The notes below the pieces were generated by a model, which saw nothing but the letters and a program-made list of their open reading frames with translations, was not told where the DNA came from and made no database searches. A stretch of DNA of 64,000 nucleotides from a virus, in IMG/VR virus record IMGVR_UViG_3300009130_000012, positions 1 through 64,000 of that record; one strand, written 5' to 3'. Positions 25,499 to 36,011 of this stretch are shown piece by piece (the first letter of the stretch is position 1; each line of letters opens with the position of its first letter). The position numbers were made by a program, and so were the translations under genes.

Positions 25499-26740
25499 AT
25501 GGCTGAAAAGAAAAAAACAATGATGGATGAAGTATTCGAAGACATTTCACAAATGACTGAGAGCTTTAAATCCAATGCAGAAGAAATACTTCGCACAACT
25601 ATTAGCGAAGAAATTGACGGAGTTGTTAATTCAATGACAGAAGCTGAAGACGAGGAAGAAGTTGAAGCTGATGTTGAAGTTGATGTAGCTGATGAAGTTG
25701 AAGACGAAATCGAAATGGATGATGAGACTGAAGAAGAATCTGAAATCGAAGGTGAAGATGACGTTGTTGATACTTTAGATGTTGCTGATGCAATTGATTC
25801 TGCAATCGAAGGTGGTGAAGCTGATGCTGACTACGAAGAAGGAATGGATACTGATGTATCGGATATTGTAGATGTAGACCTTACACAAGCAACTGACGAC
25901 GAGGTAATCAAAGTATTTAAGAAATTAACTGCTGATGATGAAATCGAAGTTGTGTCTGACAAAGAAGTAAAAATCACTGAACCTAGTACTGGTACTGAGT
26001 ACAAAGTTGAAATGGGTGATGATGCAGCGGTTGAGGCTCCAGTAATGGACGTTGATACTGAAATCGATGCTGCTATGGATATTCCAGAAATGGATATGTA
26101 TACTGAAGAAGAGGATTGTGAGGAAATGTATGAGATTGAATTAGATGAGTCAATCGTAGCTGAAGAAGAAATCGAAGAAGTTGTAGAATCAGAAGAAATT
26201 GCTGAGGAAATGACTACTGAAGAAGAGGATTGTGATGAAATCGAAGAGGTTTCTAGAACTATTGGTTTAGGTGATGAAACTAAAGGTGGACTTCCTAAGC
26301 TTAGAGGTGGTAAACACCCAGCTATGAAAGAATCTGCAATTTCAGAAGAAAAATATAATGAGGTTCTAGCTGAGAATGAAAAATTAAAAGCTGAAGTAAC
26401 AGAGTTTAAATCAGTTCTTAAGGAATTCAGAGGAATGCTTAAAGAAGCTCAAGTTTTCAATACTAACTTAGCTTATGTTACTAAGTTGTTTACTGAGAAT
26501 TCAACTTCTAAGTCTGAAAAGCAATCAATCGTAAAAAGATTTGATTCTGTTCAAACATTAGATGAGTCTAAACAACTTTTTAAAACAATTAAAGGTGAGT
26601 TGTCTGAAAAGACTATTACTGAGTCTGTAGACAAAAAATTAACTGAAGATGTTGCATCTTCAAAATCTTATCAAGTTAAAGAAAGTACTGCTTACATTAA
26701 TGAGCAGCACCAAAGAATTTTAGACTTGATGAAAAAATAA
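25499..26740 (+). CDS. prohead scaffolding protein (gp22-like position)
   Basis: highly acidic with coiled-coil C-terminus; lies between protease and capsid genes. Confidence 0.8.
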   Translation: MAEKKKTMMDEVFEDISQMTESFKSNAEEILRTTISEEIDGVVNSMTEAEDEEEVEADVEVDVADEVEDEIEMDDETEEESEIEGEDDVVDTLDVADAIDSAIEGGEADADYEEGMDTDVSDIVDVDLTQATDDEVIKVFKKLTADDEIEVVSDKEVKITEPSTGTEYKVEMGDDAAVEAPVMDVDTEIDAAMDIPEMDMYTEEEDCEEMYEIELDESIVAEEEIEEVVESEEIAEEMTTEEEDCDEIEEVSRTIGLGDETKGGLPKLRGGKHPAMKESAISEEKYNEVLAENEKLKAEVTEFKSVLKEFRGMLKEAQVFNTNLAYVTKLFTENSTSKSEKQSIVKRFDSVQTLDESKQLFKTIKGELSEKTITESVDKKLTEDVASSKSYQVKESTAYINEQHQRILDLMKK

Positions 26741-26764
26741 TAATTTTATTTAACATTTAAACAA

Positions 26765-28519
26765 ATGAGTATTTTACAATCAGAAGGATTAGGAAGTGTA
26801 CAAATGGACTTAATCCGTGAAGCAAAAAAAGAGACCCAAGAAAGATGGGCAAAATTAGGATTCCTTGATGGATTACAAGGGACTATCAAAGAGAATGTTG
26901 GTCAATTATACGAAAACCAAGCTGCGTCTTTAATTAAAGAAGCTACTGGTGCTGCTAACTCTGGTTCTTTTGAAACTGTAGTTTTCCCAATCGTAAGAAG
27001 AGTATTCTCTAAATTATTAGCTAACGATATCGTATCGGTTCAAGCTATGAACATGCCTGTAGGAAAATTATTCTACATGATTCCAAAAACTTCAGAAAGA
27101 GTAAACGCTTCTGGTGTTGGTGGTGATTTCTACGCAGATTCTCAATTCTCAGCACATACTTCAACTGCTGGTGAGCAAGGACCTGAGTGTATCAACGATT
27201 CATGTGCATCTACTCCTTACAACGCTAAAAACTTATATGACCTTTACTACAACGATGGGTTATTCGATAACTCAAAAGGTGAGGCGTCATTAAACGTATT
27301 AACTGCGACTCCTGGTAACTTAAATGGTGCTGGTAACTTCGCTGCTGGACAACCAACTGCTTCTACTGATGGTACAGTAAGAGGTGTTGTTATCTCATTA
27401 TCTGGATTTTCTTCAGTAAACAAAGGAAGATTAACTGGACCAGTAGGTAACGAAATGGACACTGAAGAGTTCTTAGCATCTTTAAAGATTGTTAACAACA
27501 CTGGTGCTGATATCGTTGGACCAAACGGAGAGGTTGTTGCTGCACAAGATGCTGATATGCCTTTCAGATTAGTAACTCAAAAATACGGTAAAGGTATTGT
27601 TGGTTACGACAATATTTGTAACGAAGCTGGTGAATTATTAGTTGAGGTTTTCTTAACTGCACCAACTGACGCTACTTCATTAGACGGATACATTGGAGTT
27701 TCTGGATTTACTGCAGATACTACTTCATTCGTTGCATCTTACGCTTCTTACTCTGATTTAGAATTTGAATCAGAAATGGCTGAAGTTTCTTTCGACCTTG
27801 ATAGCGTAACTGTAGCTACAACTACAAGAAAAATGAGAACTAGTTGGTCACCAGAGATGGCACAGGATGTTAACGCATTCCATAACATCGATGCTGAAGC
27901 TGAGTTAACTGCATTACTTTCTGAGCAAGTTGCTTTAGAAATCGATAGAGAAATCTTAATCGACTTGAGAAAAGGTGCTGCTTGGCAAACTAAGTGGGAT
28001 TACAATGGATGGAGAAGAGCTGGACAACCTTCAGTTGCTTATACGCAAAAAGATTGGAACCAGACTTTAGTTACTAAAGTTAACCAAATTTCTGCACAAA
28101 TCCATAAAGCTACTTTAAGAGGTGGAGCTAACTTCATCGTAGTATCTTCTGAGATTTCAGCAATCTTTGATGACTTAGAGTACTTCCACGCTTCTGACGC
28201 TGGAGCAGAGGAAGATTCTTATAACATGGGAATCGAGAAGATTGGTTCATTAGGAGGACGTTACAAAGTATACAGAGACCCTTATGCACCAGCTGGTTCT
28301 ATGATTATTGGACACAAAGGTAACTCACTTATGGATTCTGGGTACGTTTACGCACCATACATTCCATTACAGTTAACTCCAACTATCATCAACCATAACA
28401 ACTTCGCTCCTGTAAAAGGAATTATCACTAGATATGCGAAGAAAATGGTAAACAACCGTTTCTACGGAAAGGTTTCAGTTGATGGAATCGTAACTTACAA
28501 CACTAACGAATTACGTTAA
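26765..28519 (+). CDS. major capsid protein (T4 gp23-like)
   Basis: FPIVRRVFSKLLANDIVSVQAM; RKMRTSWSPEMAQDVNAFHNIDAEAELTALLSEQVALEIDREI; GYVYAPYIPL; KGIITRYAK. Confidence 0.96.
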   Translation: MSILQSEGLGSVQMDLIREAKKETQERWAKLGFLDGLQGTIKENVGQLYENQAASLIKEATGAANSGSFETVVFPIVRRVFSKLLANDIVSVQAMNMPVGKLFYMIPKTSERVNASGVGGDFYADSQFSAHTSTAGEQGPECINDSCASTPYNAKNLYDLYYNDGLFDNSKGEASLNVLTATPGNLNGAGNFAAGQPTASTDGTVRGVVISLSGFSSVNKGRLTGPVGNEMDTEEFLASLKIVNNTGADIVGPNGEVVAAQDADMPFRLVTQKYGKGIVGYDNICNEAGELLVEVFLTAPTDATSLDGYIGVSGFTADTTSFVASYASYSDLEFESEMAEVSFDLDSVTVATTTRKMRTSWSPEMAQDVNAFHNIDAEAELTALLSEQVALEIDREILIDLRKGAAWQTKWDYNGWRRAGQPSVAYTQKDWNQTLVTKVNQISAQIHKATLRGGANFIVVSSEISAIFDDLEYFHASDAGAEEDSYNMGIEKIGSLGGRYKVYRDPYAPAGSMIIGHKGNSLMDSGYVYAPYIPLQLTPTIINHNNFAPVKGIITRYAKKMVNNRFYGKVSVDGIVTYNTNELR

Positions 28520-28537
28520 TTATAAGTTGAAATAAAT

Positions 28538-28566
28538 AAAAAGCCCACTTCATAGTGGGCTTTTTT
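28538..28566 (+). terminator. intrinsic terminator after the capsid gene
   Basis: AAAAAGCCCACT-TCAT-AGTGGGCTTTTT. Confidence 0.88.
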
Positions 28567-28603
28567 ATTTTATAGATAACAGTTTTAGAACTAACAAAGG
28601 AAC

Positions 28604-28610
28604 TATTTAT
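28604..28610 (+). promoter_or_regulatory. representative copy of the recurrent TATTTAT putative phage late promoter
   Basis: same heptamer shortly upstream of many structural genes, often just after a terminator. Confidence 0.6.
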
Positions 28611-28624
28611 TAAAAAAGAATAAT

Positions 28625-30019
28625 ATGGTTATTAAGTCTTATTTCGAAAAAAATAATACAATTATATACAATGAGTTAACCAATACTGGTAAAAACCCAA
28701 TATCGGAATTATATTATGGTGGAACAACGGATAATCCTAAATATAGTAGATTCATTTTTAAATTTGATACTGATAAGTTAATAGAATTATATAATGATAA
28801 AACTTTTGCTAACTTAGACAATATTAAACATGTATTAAAAATCACAAACACAGGTCAATTTGATAATACATTAGATAAGCAAAGAGCGTTTTCTGTTGAT
28901 GTTATATTATTTAGGATTGGACAAGAATGGGATGAAGGTGTTGGTTATGACTTTTCCACTACTGGTTATTTAATTGGTGAAGACCCATTGGTTAAAATTG
29001 CACCGTCTAACTGGATTGATGCTAGATTAACTGAAGAATGGAATGGTGGAAATGGTGTATATAGTGGTAGTAGTTCTGGAGTAACAGTTACCACACAACA
29101 TTTAGATGCTGGTAATGAAGATATTGTAATGGATATTACTGATGAAGTAAATTCAATTATTACTGGTGGCACTACCAATTACGGTTATGGTATTGCGTTT
29201 ACTAGAGAGATTGAGGAACTACCAGTTGGTGACCCTTATTATATTGGGTTATTTACTAGACATACTCAAACATTCTTTGAACCGTTTGTTGAAACTACTT
29301 ATTTGGAAACGATTCAAGACGATAGAGAAAATTTTTATTTAGATAAGAACAATAAGTTATATCTATATGTAAATATTGGTGGTGAACCAACTAATTTAGA
29401 TGAGTTACCTACAGTTACTGTTAAAGATTCAAATGGATTAGGTTATAGTGGTTATTCATCTTCGGATGTTACACACGTAACTAAAGGAGTTTATTCAATA
29501 AATATTAATATACCAACACAAGAGGATGTTGCTGAAGATTGTATAATGTTTAACGATGTGTGGTCTAATATTAAAATTAATGGTATCACAAGACCAGACA
29601 TTGAATTAGATTTTACTTTAACCGATTCGGCAAAATATTATAATATTGGTTTTGATAATGAATTACCTAAAGAATATTCGTTTTCATTAAACGGTATTAA
29701 GAATCAAGAAAGGATTGTTAGAGGCGATATAAGAAAGGTTATCGTAGAAGCTAATATTCCATATACCGTTAACCAAAAAGATGTCATAGACGGCATTAAA
29801 TACCGTTTATATGTTAAAGAAGGACCTAATGAAGTTACAGTAATTGATTACAATGACGTTCATAGAAGTTATAATCATAATTATTTCCTTTTAGACACGT
29901 CAAGTTTAATACCTCAGACTTATTATATAGATGTTAAGTCGTATAGTGGTAACGTTGTTAAAACTCATAAAGATATTGTTAAATTTGATATCGTAAGTTT
30001 AGCAGAACTAAATAAATAG
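28625..30019 (+). CDS. probable virion structural protein
   Basis: 464 aa, beta-rich; TATTTAT upstream; [ST]GxT motifs. Confidence 0.7.
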   Translation: MVIKSYFEKNNTIIYNELTNTGKNPISELYYGGTTDNPKYSRFIFKFDTDKLIELYNDKTFANLDNIKHVLKITNTGQFDNTLDKQRAFSVDVILFRIGQEWDEGVGYDFSTTGYLIGEDPLVKIAPSNWIDARLTEEWNGGNGVYSGSSSGVTVTTQHLDAGNEDIVMDITDEVNSIITGGTTNYGYGIAFTREIEELPVGDPYYIGLFTRHTQTFFEPFVETTYLETIQDDRENFYLDKNNKLYLYVNIGGEPTNLDELPTVTVKDSNGLGYSGYSSSDVTHVTKGVYSININIPTQEDVAEDCIMFNDVWSNIKINGITRPDIELDFTLTDSAKYYNIGFDNELPKEYSFSLNGIKNQERIVRGDIRKVIVEANIPYTVNQKDVIDGIKYRLYVKEGPNEVTVIDYNDVHRSYNHNYFLLDTSSLIPQTYYIDVKSYSGNVVKTHKDIVKFDIVSLAELNK

Positions 30020-30023
30020 AAAT

Positions 30024-30051
30024 AAATCCCAGTTAAACTCTGGGATTTTTT
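30024..30051. terminator. bidirectional terminator between convergent genes
   Basis: AAATCCCAG-TTAAACT-CTGGGATTT flanked by A and T tracts. Confidence 0.75.
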
Positions 30052-30052
30052 A

Positions 30053-30958
30053 TTAATTTATTCTTATATTTTTAGATAAAAGTTCGTCTAGATTAGTTTT
30101 AAGTATTTCTTGTGTGTTTATGTCCTTAACTGGAGGTAATCCATTATAAGGGTGAGTATGATTGTTTACGAATTCTTTAATTAACTCTAATAGTGAAACT
30201 AATTTATCACCATATACTAATGGAGAACTATTTTCTAAAATTCTGGTTAATTGTTCGTCACTAATAAGGTTATCTCTATCAGCTAAATTAAAAGACGGTA
30301 CACCATCATGACTAAGTAAGTTAATTTTGTTACTAACAATATTAGTTACACCACCAATCTTATCCGAATCTTCATTCAGTAACACATCGTTTTTAATTTG
30401 AATGTATGATATAGTTTCATCATTAAACTGTAAATTTTCATTTACAATATGTTTACCATTCCTAATTACTAATTCATTATCTTTAAATACAATGTCGTTA
30501 TTATTCCTACCTTGTATAGTAATATGTTTTTTATCTGGATATACTCCCCTAGCTGAAGGGATATTAGATGGTGCGGTTTGTGGCTCAACCACTCCACTAT
30601 CCATTGTACTAGTGGCGGTAAAGAAATAAGGGTCGTTTTTTAAGAATTGTGGTTGCGATATTATTGGTCCCATCCACATTCTATTTTCAAAGTCAGTATC
30701 AATATTAGTTTTAAATATCATTACCGCTTCACCAACATTAGGAGTAACACCAAAGAATTTTGGTACTAAAGGAAATGCATACGGTAAATTATCATCAGTT
30801 ATTGAGTCGTCAAGACCGTCAATTCTAACTCTTAATCTACCACCATCATATTCGTCATCATTAGATGTCACTCTACCAATGTACATTAAATTAGATGGGG
30901 ATTGTTTATTAAAAAATCCGTTATCTGTTAATCTATGTTTATTTATACCAGAATTCAT
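30053..30958 (-). CDS. baseplate hub/spike protein (gp5/VgrG OB-fold-like)
   Basis: GRVTSNDDEYDGGRLRVRI...LPYAFPL...PNVGEAVMIF...WMGPI; C-terminal NHTHPY. Confidence 0.8.
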   Translation of the reverse strand: MNSGINKHRLTDNGFFNKQSPSNLMYIGRVTSNDDEYDGGRLRVRIDGLDDSITDDNLPYAFPLVPKFFGVTPNVGEAVMIFKTNIDTDFENRMWMGPIISQPQFLKNDPYFFTATSTMDSGVVEPQTAPSNIPSARGVYPDKKHITIQGRNNNDIVFKDNELVIRNGKHIVNENLQFNDETISYIQIKNDVLLNEDSDKIGGVTNIVSNKINLLSHDGVPSFNLADRDNLISDEQLTRILENSSPLVYGDKLVSLLELIKEFVNNHTHPYNGLPPVKDINTQEILKTNLDELLSKNIRIN

Positions 30959-31137
30959 TATCGCTTCATTCTATCCATTAATATTTTATTACCCTTATTG
31001 TAATCGTCTCTCATTTTATCTAATACATCAATTTCTCTAACGATTACTTGTTTTTGGTTTTCGTGTTCCATTTTTATAGCCATAAGGTGAGCCATAATAT
31101 CGTTATTTGACATATTTTCCCAGTCTATTTCTTTCAT
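30958..31137 (-). CDS. 59-aa coiled-coil protein (not in the ORF track)
   Basis: MKEIDWENMSNNDIMAHLMAIKMEHENQK...RMKR; fills the gap and abuts both neighbours. Confidence 0.7.
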   Translation of the reverse strand: MKEIDWENMSNNDIMAHLMAIKMEHENQKQVIVREIDVLDKMRDDYNKGNKILMDRMKR

Positions 31138-31138
31138 A

Positions 31139-31531
31139 TTATCTTACTATACCTTTTCCACTAGCTAAATTAACTGTAGTCCCTTGACTAACTACTGGGA
31201 TACCTACATTACCAACCCCTACTGTTGATACTGGAATCCCTGGTGGTATAGCCACATCCACCACTGCTTCAGTTAATATAGCATTTACGATTTCTTCTAT
31301 TCTAATTACCTCCATCTTTTCTGAGATATTATCAGAACCGTCAGCTAATGCACCTACTGGAGCGCCAGCCTCACTTTGTCTAGTTATAATTCTAGCAGCA
31401 ATTTTTCTAGGGCTTAATCCAGGTCTTAATTGTCCGCCAGTAAATATTAATGGTGGTGGTAGTGGTGTTGCTGGACTAACGTTTAATCCAAACGCACCGT
31501 TAATTATACTTATAACTTTACTAATATTCAT
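31139..31531 (-). CDS. probable baseplate-associated protein
   Basis: Pro/Gly-rich 130 aa; in the operon with the spike gene. Confidence 0.65.
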   Translation of the reverse strand: MNISKVISIINGAFGLNVSPATPLPPPLIFTGGQLRPGLSPRKIAARIITRQSEAGAPVGALADGSDNISEKMEVIRIEEIVNAILTEAVVDVAIPPGIPVSTVGVGNVGIPVVSQGTTVNLASGKGIVR

Positions 31532-32970
31532 CGTAATCCACTTATTAATCTAATTATATCTTGAGGAACACCAACTAATGAAAGTAGTTGCCCTTTAGCC
31601 AAGTTGGTTTTTTCAAGTAAATCTCCACTAATTTGTCTAGCAACTAATGTGGTTATTAATCTTAATACTAAACTAAGTAAGAAGTTAACAATAATATCCC
31701 TAACTCTATTAACTATCGCTTTAACTAATTTTTTATTTTTTCTAATAAAATCTAACCCATTCGTCCATTCTGCGGTTGGACCGTAAATAATTGCATGATT
31801 CAACCTAAATAATACCATTAATTTAGGTGAAATAACGACATTCATAATAGTTTTAGACAATGCTTTTATTAATTCCTCAATAAAACTTAGTTTAGCGGTA
31901 TTTTTGTCAGATTCGGATGCACTTTCAGAACCATCATTAGCAATATTATTCAACATGTCGTTAGTTGCAGTAATAACTTGTTCCTGTGTTGTGGCGCTGT
32001 TTATTGCGTCAGTACCGTTTAATAACGTATCTAAGTTAATACTACTTTCTACATTACCACAATTAACTAATTTTCTTATACCATTCTTTCTATTTATTGA
32101 GTTCTCTTCGATTACACCAACCTCAGCTTGGTCAAATGTAAAAAATGAATCGTCAATCTCGTCAAACACAGAATTTATAAGATTATCTAACACTTGATTA
32201 ATTTCTTCTTCAGACTTTAATTGTGAAGTGTTTTTTTTGTTATTAAATGATATTGAACCATATAAAACGTCAACTATTTTATTAATTAAACTACTAGTAT
32301 CAAATAACTCTAAACTATCAATAAAATCATTATTTAAATCTAAAAGTTTTTTATTGTTAGCTGGGTTGCTATAATATTCACTAGCACTTAGGGTTAATCT
32401 ATTATTACCGCTAGATGTAGTTTCGTTAAAAGTCATTGACAATACATCATTATCGTTAGACCCTTTCCAATTAATTTCAGACCCATTGGCTTGAACAGTT
32501 TCAAATAGAACTACATTTAAATCAGTGCTATTAACACCGTTTAAATTATCATTATATAGTAATGGTCCTGTTAATGATGTTGGGTTTATATAGAATATAT
32601 CTAATAAATCAACCTTATTTAATGGTATATCTAACGCTGTACCAGTGCTGTGAGTTGGGTGTTTTAAAAAATCTGGAATATCTGGATTTACGTTACAATT
32701 TATAACGCTTTTTAATTCATCCTTAAGAGCTTCTTTTATGTCAATTTCTAACTCTTCTAGATTAGTTGCTAAAAACTCACTAATCTTTCCAAATAAGTCA
32801 TCAATACCAGTTAATGTTTTTAAGATATCAATAAGAAAAGATATGCTATCACCATCATTATTTATAGATGATAAACTATTTACCTTTTTAAATAATGGTA
32901 AACCACCAACTATTGTCTTTGTTGCACCAATAGTATTTAGAATATCTTGTTTGTCGCTCTTTATTGACAT
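31528..32970 (-). CDS. hypothetical structural protein
   Basis: 480-aa ORF, translationally coupled to neighbours. Confidence 0.7.
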   Translation of the reverse strand: MSIKSDKQDILNTIGATKTIVGGLPLFKKVNSLSSINNDGDSISFLIDILKTLTGIDDLFGKISEFLATNLEELEIDIKEALKDELKSVINCNVNPDIPDFLKHPTHSTGTALDIPLNKVDLLDIFYINPTSLTGPLLYNDNLNGVNSTDLNVVLFETVQANGSEINWKGSNDNDVLSMTFNETTSSGNNRLTLSASEYYSNPANNKKLLDLNNDFIDSLELFDTSSLINKIVDVLYGSISFNNKKNTSQLKSEEEINQVLDNLINSVFDEIDDSFFTFDQAEVGVIEENSINRKNGIRKLVNCGNVESSINLDTLLNGTDAINSATTQEQVITATNDMLNNIANDGSESASESDKNTAKLSFIEELIKALSKTIMNVVISPKLMVLFRLNHAIIYGPTAEWTNGLDFIRKNKKLVKAIVNRVRDIIVNFLLSLVLRLITTLVARQISGDLLEKTNLAKGQLLSLVGVPQDIIRLISGLR

Positions 32971-33347
32971 TATTCACCATCTTTTTTATCAGTTTGAGCT
33001 TTAACTAAATTTCTTATTTGTTCGAAATCATTAAAATCCACTTTACCAGTTTCTTGAGTTTTTATCGCTTCTTCTACAACACCATTTTTCTTAATAAAGT
33101 CATGTTGTAATTTAGCGACTTCTAATTTTAATTTTACAGCAGATTCTTTTAATTTAAGTGCTGCAGTGATTTCTTTAGCTTGTTTAGCGTAGTCATCCAT
33201 AGTGTCTGGACTAGGTGCTCTTTTAATCCTATTAACTGTTTTTTGTGTTTCGTTTTCTAATTTACAAGCATCGACATACGCCTCTTGTAACAAAGCTTCT
33301 AAACTTTGTTTATCTTCTATGTGTATTTGATTTATTTTTCTTGGCAT
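32970..33347 (-). CDS. hypothetical coiled-coil protein
   Basis: 125 aa; TATTTAT upstream on the minus strand. Confidence 0.7.
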   Translation of the reverse strand: MPRKINQIHIEDKQSLEALLQEAYVDACKLENETQKTVNRIKRAPSPDTMDDYAKQAKEITAALKLKESAVKLKLEVAKLQHDFIKKNGVVEEAIKTQETGKVDFNDFEQIRNLVKAQTDKKDGE

Positions 33348-33389
33348 TTTATATATTCTTTATTATATAAATAGTAGTAAACTAAATAT

Positions 33390-34124
33390 TTACATGTCCA
33401 TAGAATCGTCCTTAAGTACCCCATAAATCTTTTTATACTTTACTAATGCATTTCTAATTTCTTTAGATTCTAATCTAGTATATTCTCTTACTATAGAGTA
33501 AAATGTATTTTTAGTGTATTTATTAGTACCACCAACATCCTCAAATAACGGTTCCCAATTTTCTAATATCTTAACTAATGCTCTACCAACTTTAATTTCG
33601 TTTTCAGTAATCTTCTTTTTACACTCACTGTTAACTTTTATCTCAACTTCTTTTTTAATCTCTTCACTGATTTCTCTTAAGAGTATCGAAGTTCTAGACT
33701 CTCCGTAATCTAATTCGTAACTATATTTTTCATCTTCTTCGATATTTTTGTAAATATCTTCGTAGGATATATTTCTAATTTTTAATTTATCGTCTTGTTG
33801 TAATAAGTACAATAAATAATGTTTGCAAATAGTCCCATAATAAGAATATGCTTTTTTACCTTTATCTGGTTTAAACTTACTACTTTTAGTAATTAGATAA
33901 GATAATACGTCAGCGTGTAAATCTTCGAAAGAAACATTTTTACGATATAACTTATACTTACGTATAATTGAGTCAATCATTTTATTTAAGGGAGCCATAA
34001 GTCGCTCCCTGTAAATTTTATCTCTTTCATCTTGAGTAGTGGCAACTAAAAAGTCAACAACCGCTTTTTCTTCGTTTTCGCCGAAGTAATTATTTTTTGG
34101 TTTTCTTCCTCTTTTCTTAGCCAT
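33390..34124 (-). CDS. phage sigma-factor-like protein (sigma70 region 2 / T4 gp55-like)
   Basis: NYF...LNKMIDSIIRKY...EDLHADVLSYLITKSSKFKPDKGKKAYSYYGTICKHYL resembles region 2 (FDP.K...F.Y). Confidence 0.7.
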   Translation of the reverse strand: MAKKRGRKPKNNYFGENEEKAVVDFLVATTQDERDKIYRERLMAPLNKMIDSIIRKYKLYRKNVSFEDLHADVLSYLITKSSKFKPDKGKKAYSYYGTICKHYLLYLLQQDDKLKIRNISYEDIYKNIEEDEKYSYELDYGESRTSILLREISEEIKKEVEIKVNSECKKKITENEIKVGRALVKILENWEPLFEDVGGTNKYTKNTFYSIVREYTRLESKEIRNALVKYKKIYGVLKDDSMDM

Positions 34125-34127
34125 ATC

Positions 34128-34916
34128 TTACCCCTCATATGTAATACCTCTATCGTTATTGAAATAGTACTCCTTTTTAGCATGAGCAATCCACCAATTA
34201 TTTTCAACTGGGTTGATAGTGTCTTTATAAGAATCAAAAATCGACCCGTTTCTAAAATTAAGATGTTGGTAAGCAATCTTAGGAACTATTAAAATCTTTT
34301 CATTATTAAATGTATATCTTAATAAGAATTCATACATGAAAACTAACTTAATTGATGGTTTTAATCCACCCACATTTAAGTATGAGTCTTTTTTAACTAC
34401 CATACCAGCAAAATTAAAATTAGGATAATCTAATAATGCTGAGTTATCTAAATAACCCATAGGTACAATTTCGTTAAATCCTTGCGACCATGTTAATTGA
34501 TTGTTTAGTCCAGAGAATTTACCTTCAGCATCAACTTCGGCTACTATTGGCATAAACAAAGACACATCATCATATTCGGCAGCGTATTGCTGGAAATTAT
34601 CAATCCAAATTTTGGACATTAAGTCATCCATCTCTAAAAAACAAACAAACTCAGAACTCGCTTCAGAAACACCTTTGTTTAATTGGGATGCGAAATCGGT
34701 TGACCCTTCGTTAATAATTTCTTTTGTAATATCAGCAATTTTTTCTGGTACTAAACCATTAACACTAATACCTTCTGGATGAACCAATAATACCTCATTT
34801 GGTAATACTTTTTGTTCAGCTACACTAATTAAAGATTTCCCTAATAATTCACTAGTTTCATCATTAAGTTCGTGAATTGGGATTACTACACTTACTGTTT
34901 TCATATTATTTTGCAT
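34128..34916 (-). CDS. GT2-family glycosyltransferase
   Basis: VSVVIPIH; QLNKGVSEASSEFVCFLEMDD. Confidence 0.85.
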   Translation of the reverse strand: MQNNMKTVSVVIPIHELNDETSELLGKSLISVAEQKVLPNEVLLVHPEGISVNGLVPEKIADITKEIINEGSTDFASQLNKGVSEASSEFVCFLEMDDLMSKIWIDNFQQYAAEYDDVSLFMPIVAEVDAEGKFSGLNNQLTWSQGFNEIVPMGYLDNSALLDYPNFNFAGMVVKKDSYLNVGGLKPSIKLVFMYEFLLRYTFNNEKILIVPKIAYQHLNFRNGSIFDSYKDTINPVENNWWIAHAKKEYYFNNDRGITYEG

Positions 34917-35991
34917 TTTCTAACATAATTTCAATCTCTTTCTTTCTATCCTCAACTAACTGAGTGAATACTGTTGTTAAAACATCTTTTTGTTTAGCTG
35001 AAGTATATTTACCTTTTTCCGCATCCATCTTTTCCAATAAATCTGCTGGTACGTTATCTTCTAACCAAGAATGTAAGTATTTAGCCATCATATCTGGTAT
35101 TTCAGACACTTTATTAACCCAAAGAATGAAATCTTTAAGTGTTTCAGCACCTTCTTCAGTAGGTTCACCAACACCCCAAGGTGGAGTTTCGGTAGGTAAC
35201 TTAGCAATAACAGGTGTATTACACTCGATAGACTCTAATGGGAATGTTCCAAAAGTAGCTACATCATCAACCCAAACTGTTAAACAGCTCTTATCTACGA
35301 TTTCAGCTAAATTTTCTTGCGATAACCCTCTTAAGTCTCTAAAAGATACCCAGCTAAAGATTGGGTGTTTTAATAAGAATGATGAAATAATCTTCTTAAT
35401 ATCGCCTTGGTCTCTAGATAGTATAGATACTATAGGTTGTTTTAATTTAGTATCTGCTTTAAACTTATCCGAAATTACTGGTGGAACTACAGATATTTTA
35501 GCTGACGGAAATAAATCATTAATTCTAGCACTAGCTTTATCTGATGTAGTAATAACATCATTAAATCCGTAAGTTGACCAATATGTTTTGAATTTAAGTA
35601 ATTCAAAAATATCTTCAATAGATTGACATAATACGATGTTTTTTGATGGGGTATTTTGTTTTCTTAATTCCTCCATTACGTTTGCGAAAACTTCTGGAAC
35701 AATTACAAAATCCTCAGCTTTAATTTGTAAATCACCACCTTCGATACAAGTATGTGGTAGGTCTTTATACTCTTCACCTAACCAAGTAGCTGGGTGCGAA
35801 GCAACATAATCGGCTTTATCATGTAAAACCTTTGCGTTATAACCTAAATCATTTAGGTTTTTAACCATTTCGTAAGTGTTAGCAACACTTGCCACTGGAT
35901 TACCTTTTGTATCTCTAGTGTAAAAATAGATTGAGAAATTTTTACTATCTAATTTCTCGATTAACTCTTTTGCGATTTTCTCTTTACTCAT
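34906..35991 (-). CDS. GT-B/GT4-like glycosyltransferase
   Basis: DFVIVPE; FGTFPLESIECNTPVI (GT4 E-x7-E-like region). Confidence 0.7.
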   Translation of the reverse strand: MSKEKIAKELIEKLDSKNFSIYFYTRDTKGNPVASVANTYEMVKNLNDLGYNAKVLHDKADYVASHPATWLGEEYKDLPHTCIEGGDLQIKAEDFVIVPEVFANVMEELRKQNTPSKNIVLCQSIEDIFELLKFKTYWSTYGFNDVITTSDKASARINDLFPSAKISVVPPVISDKFKADTKLKQPIVSILSRDQGDIKKIISSFLLKHPIFSWVSFRDLRGLSQENLAEIVDKSCLTVWVDDVATFGTFPLESIECNTPVIAKLPTETPPWGVGEPTEEGAETLKDFILWVNKVSEIPDMMAKYLHSWLEDNVPADLLEKMDAEKGKYTSAKQKDVLTTVFTQLVEDRKKEIEIMLENAK

Positions 35992-36011
35992 GTTTGTTAA
36001 TATAAAAATAT

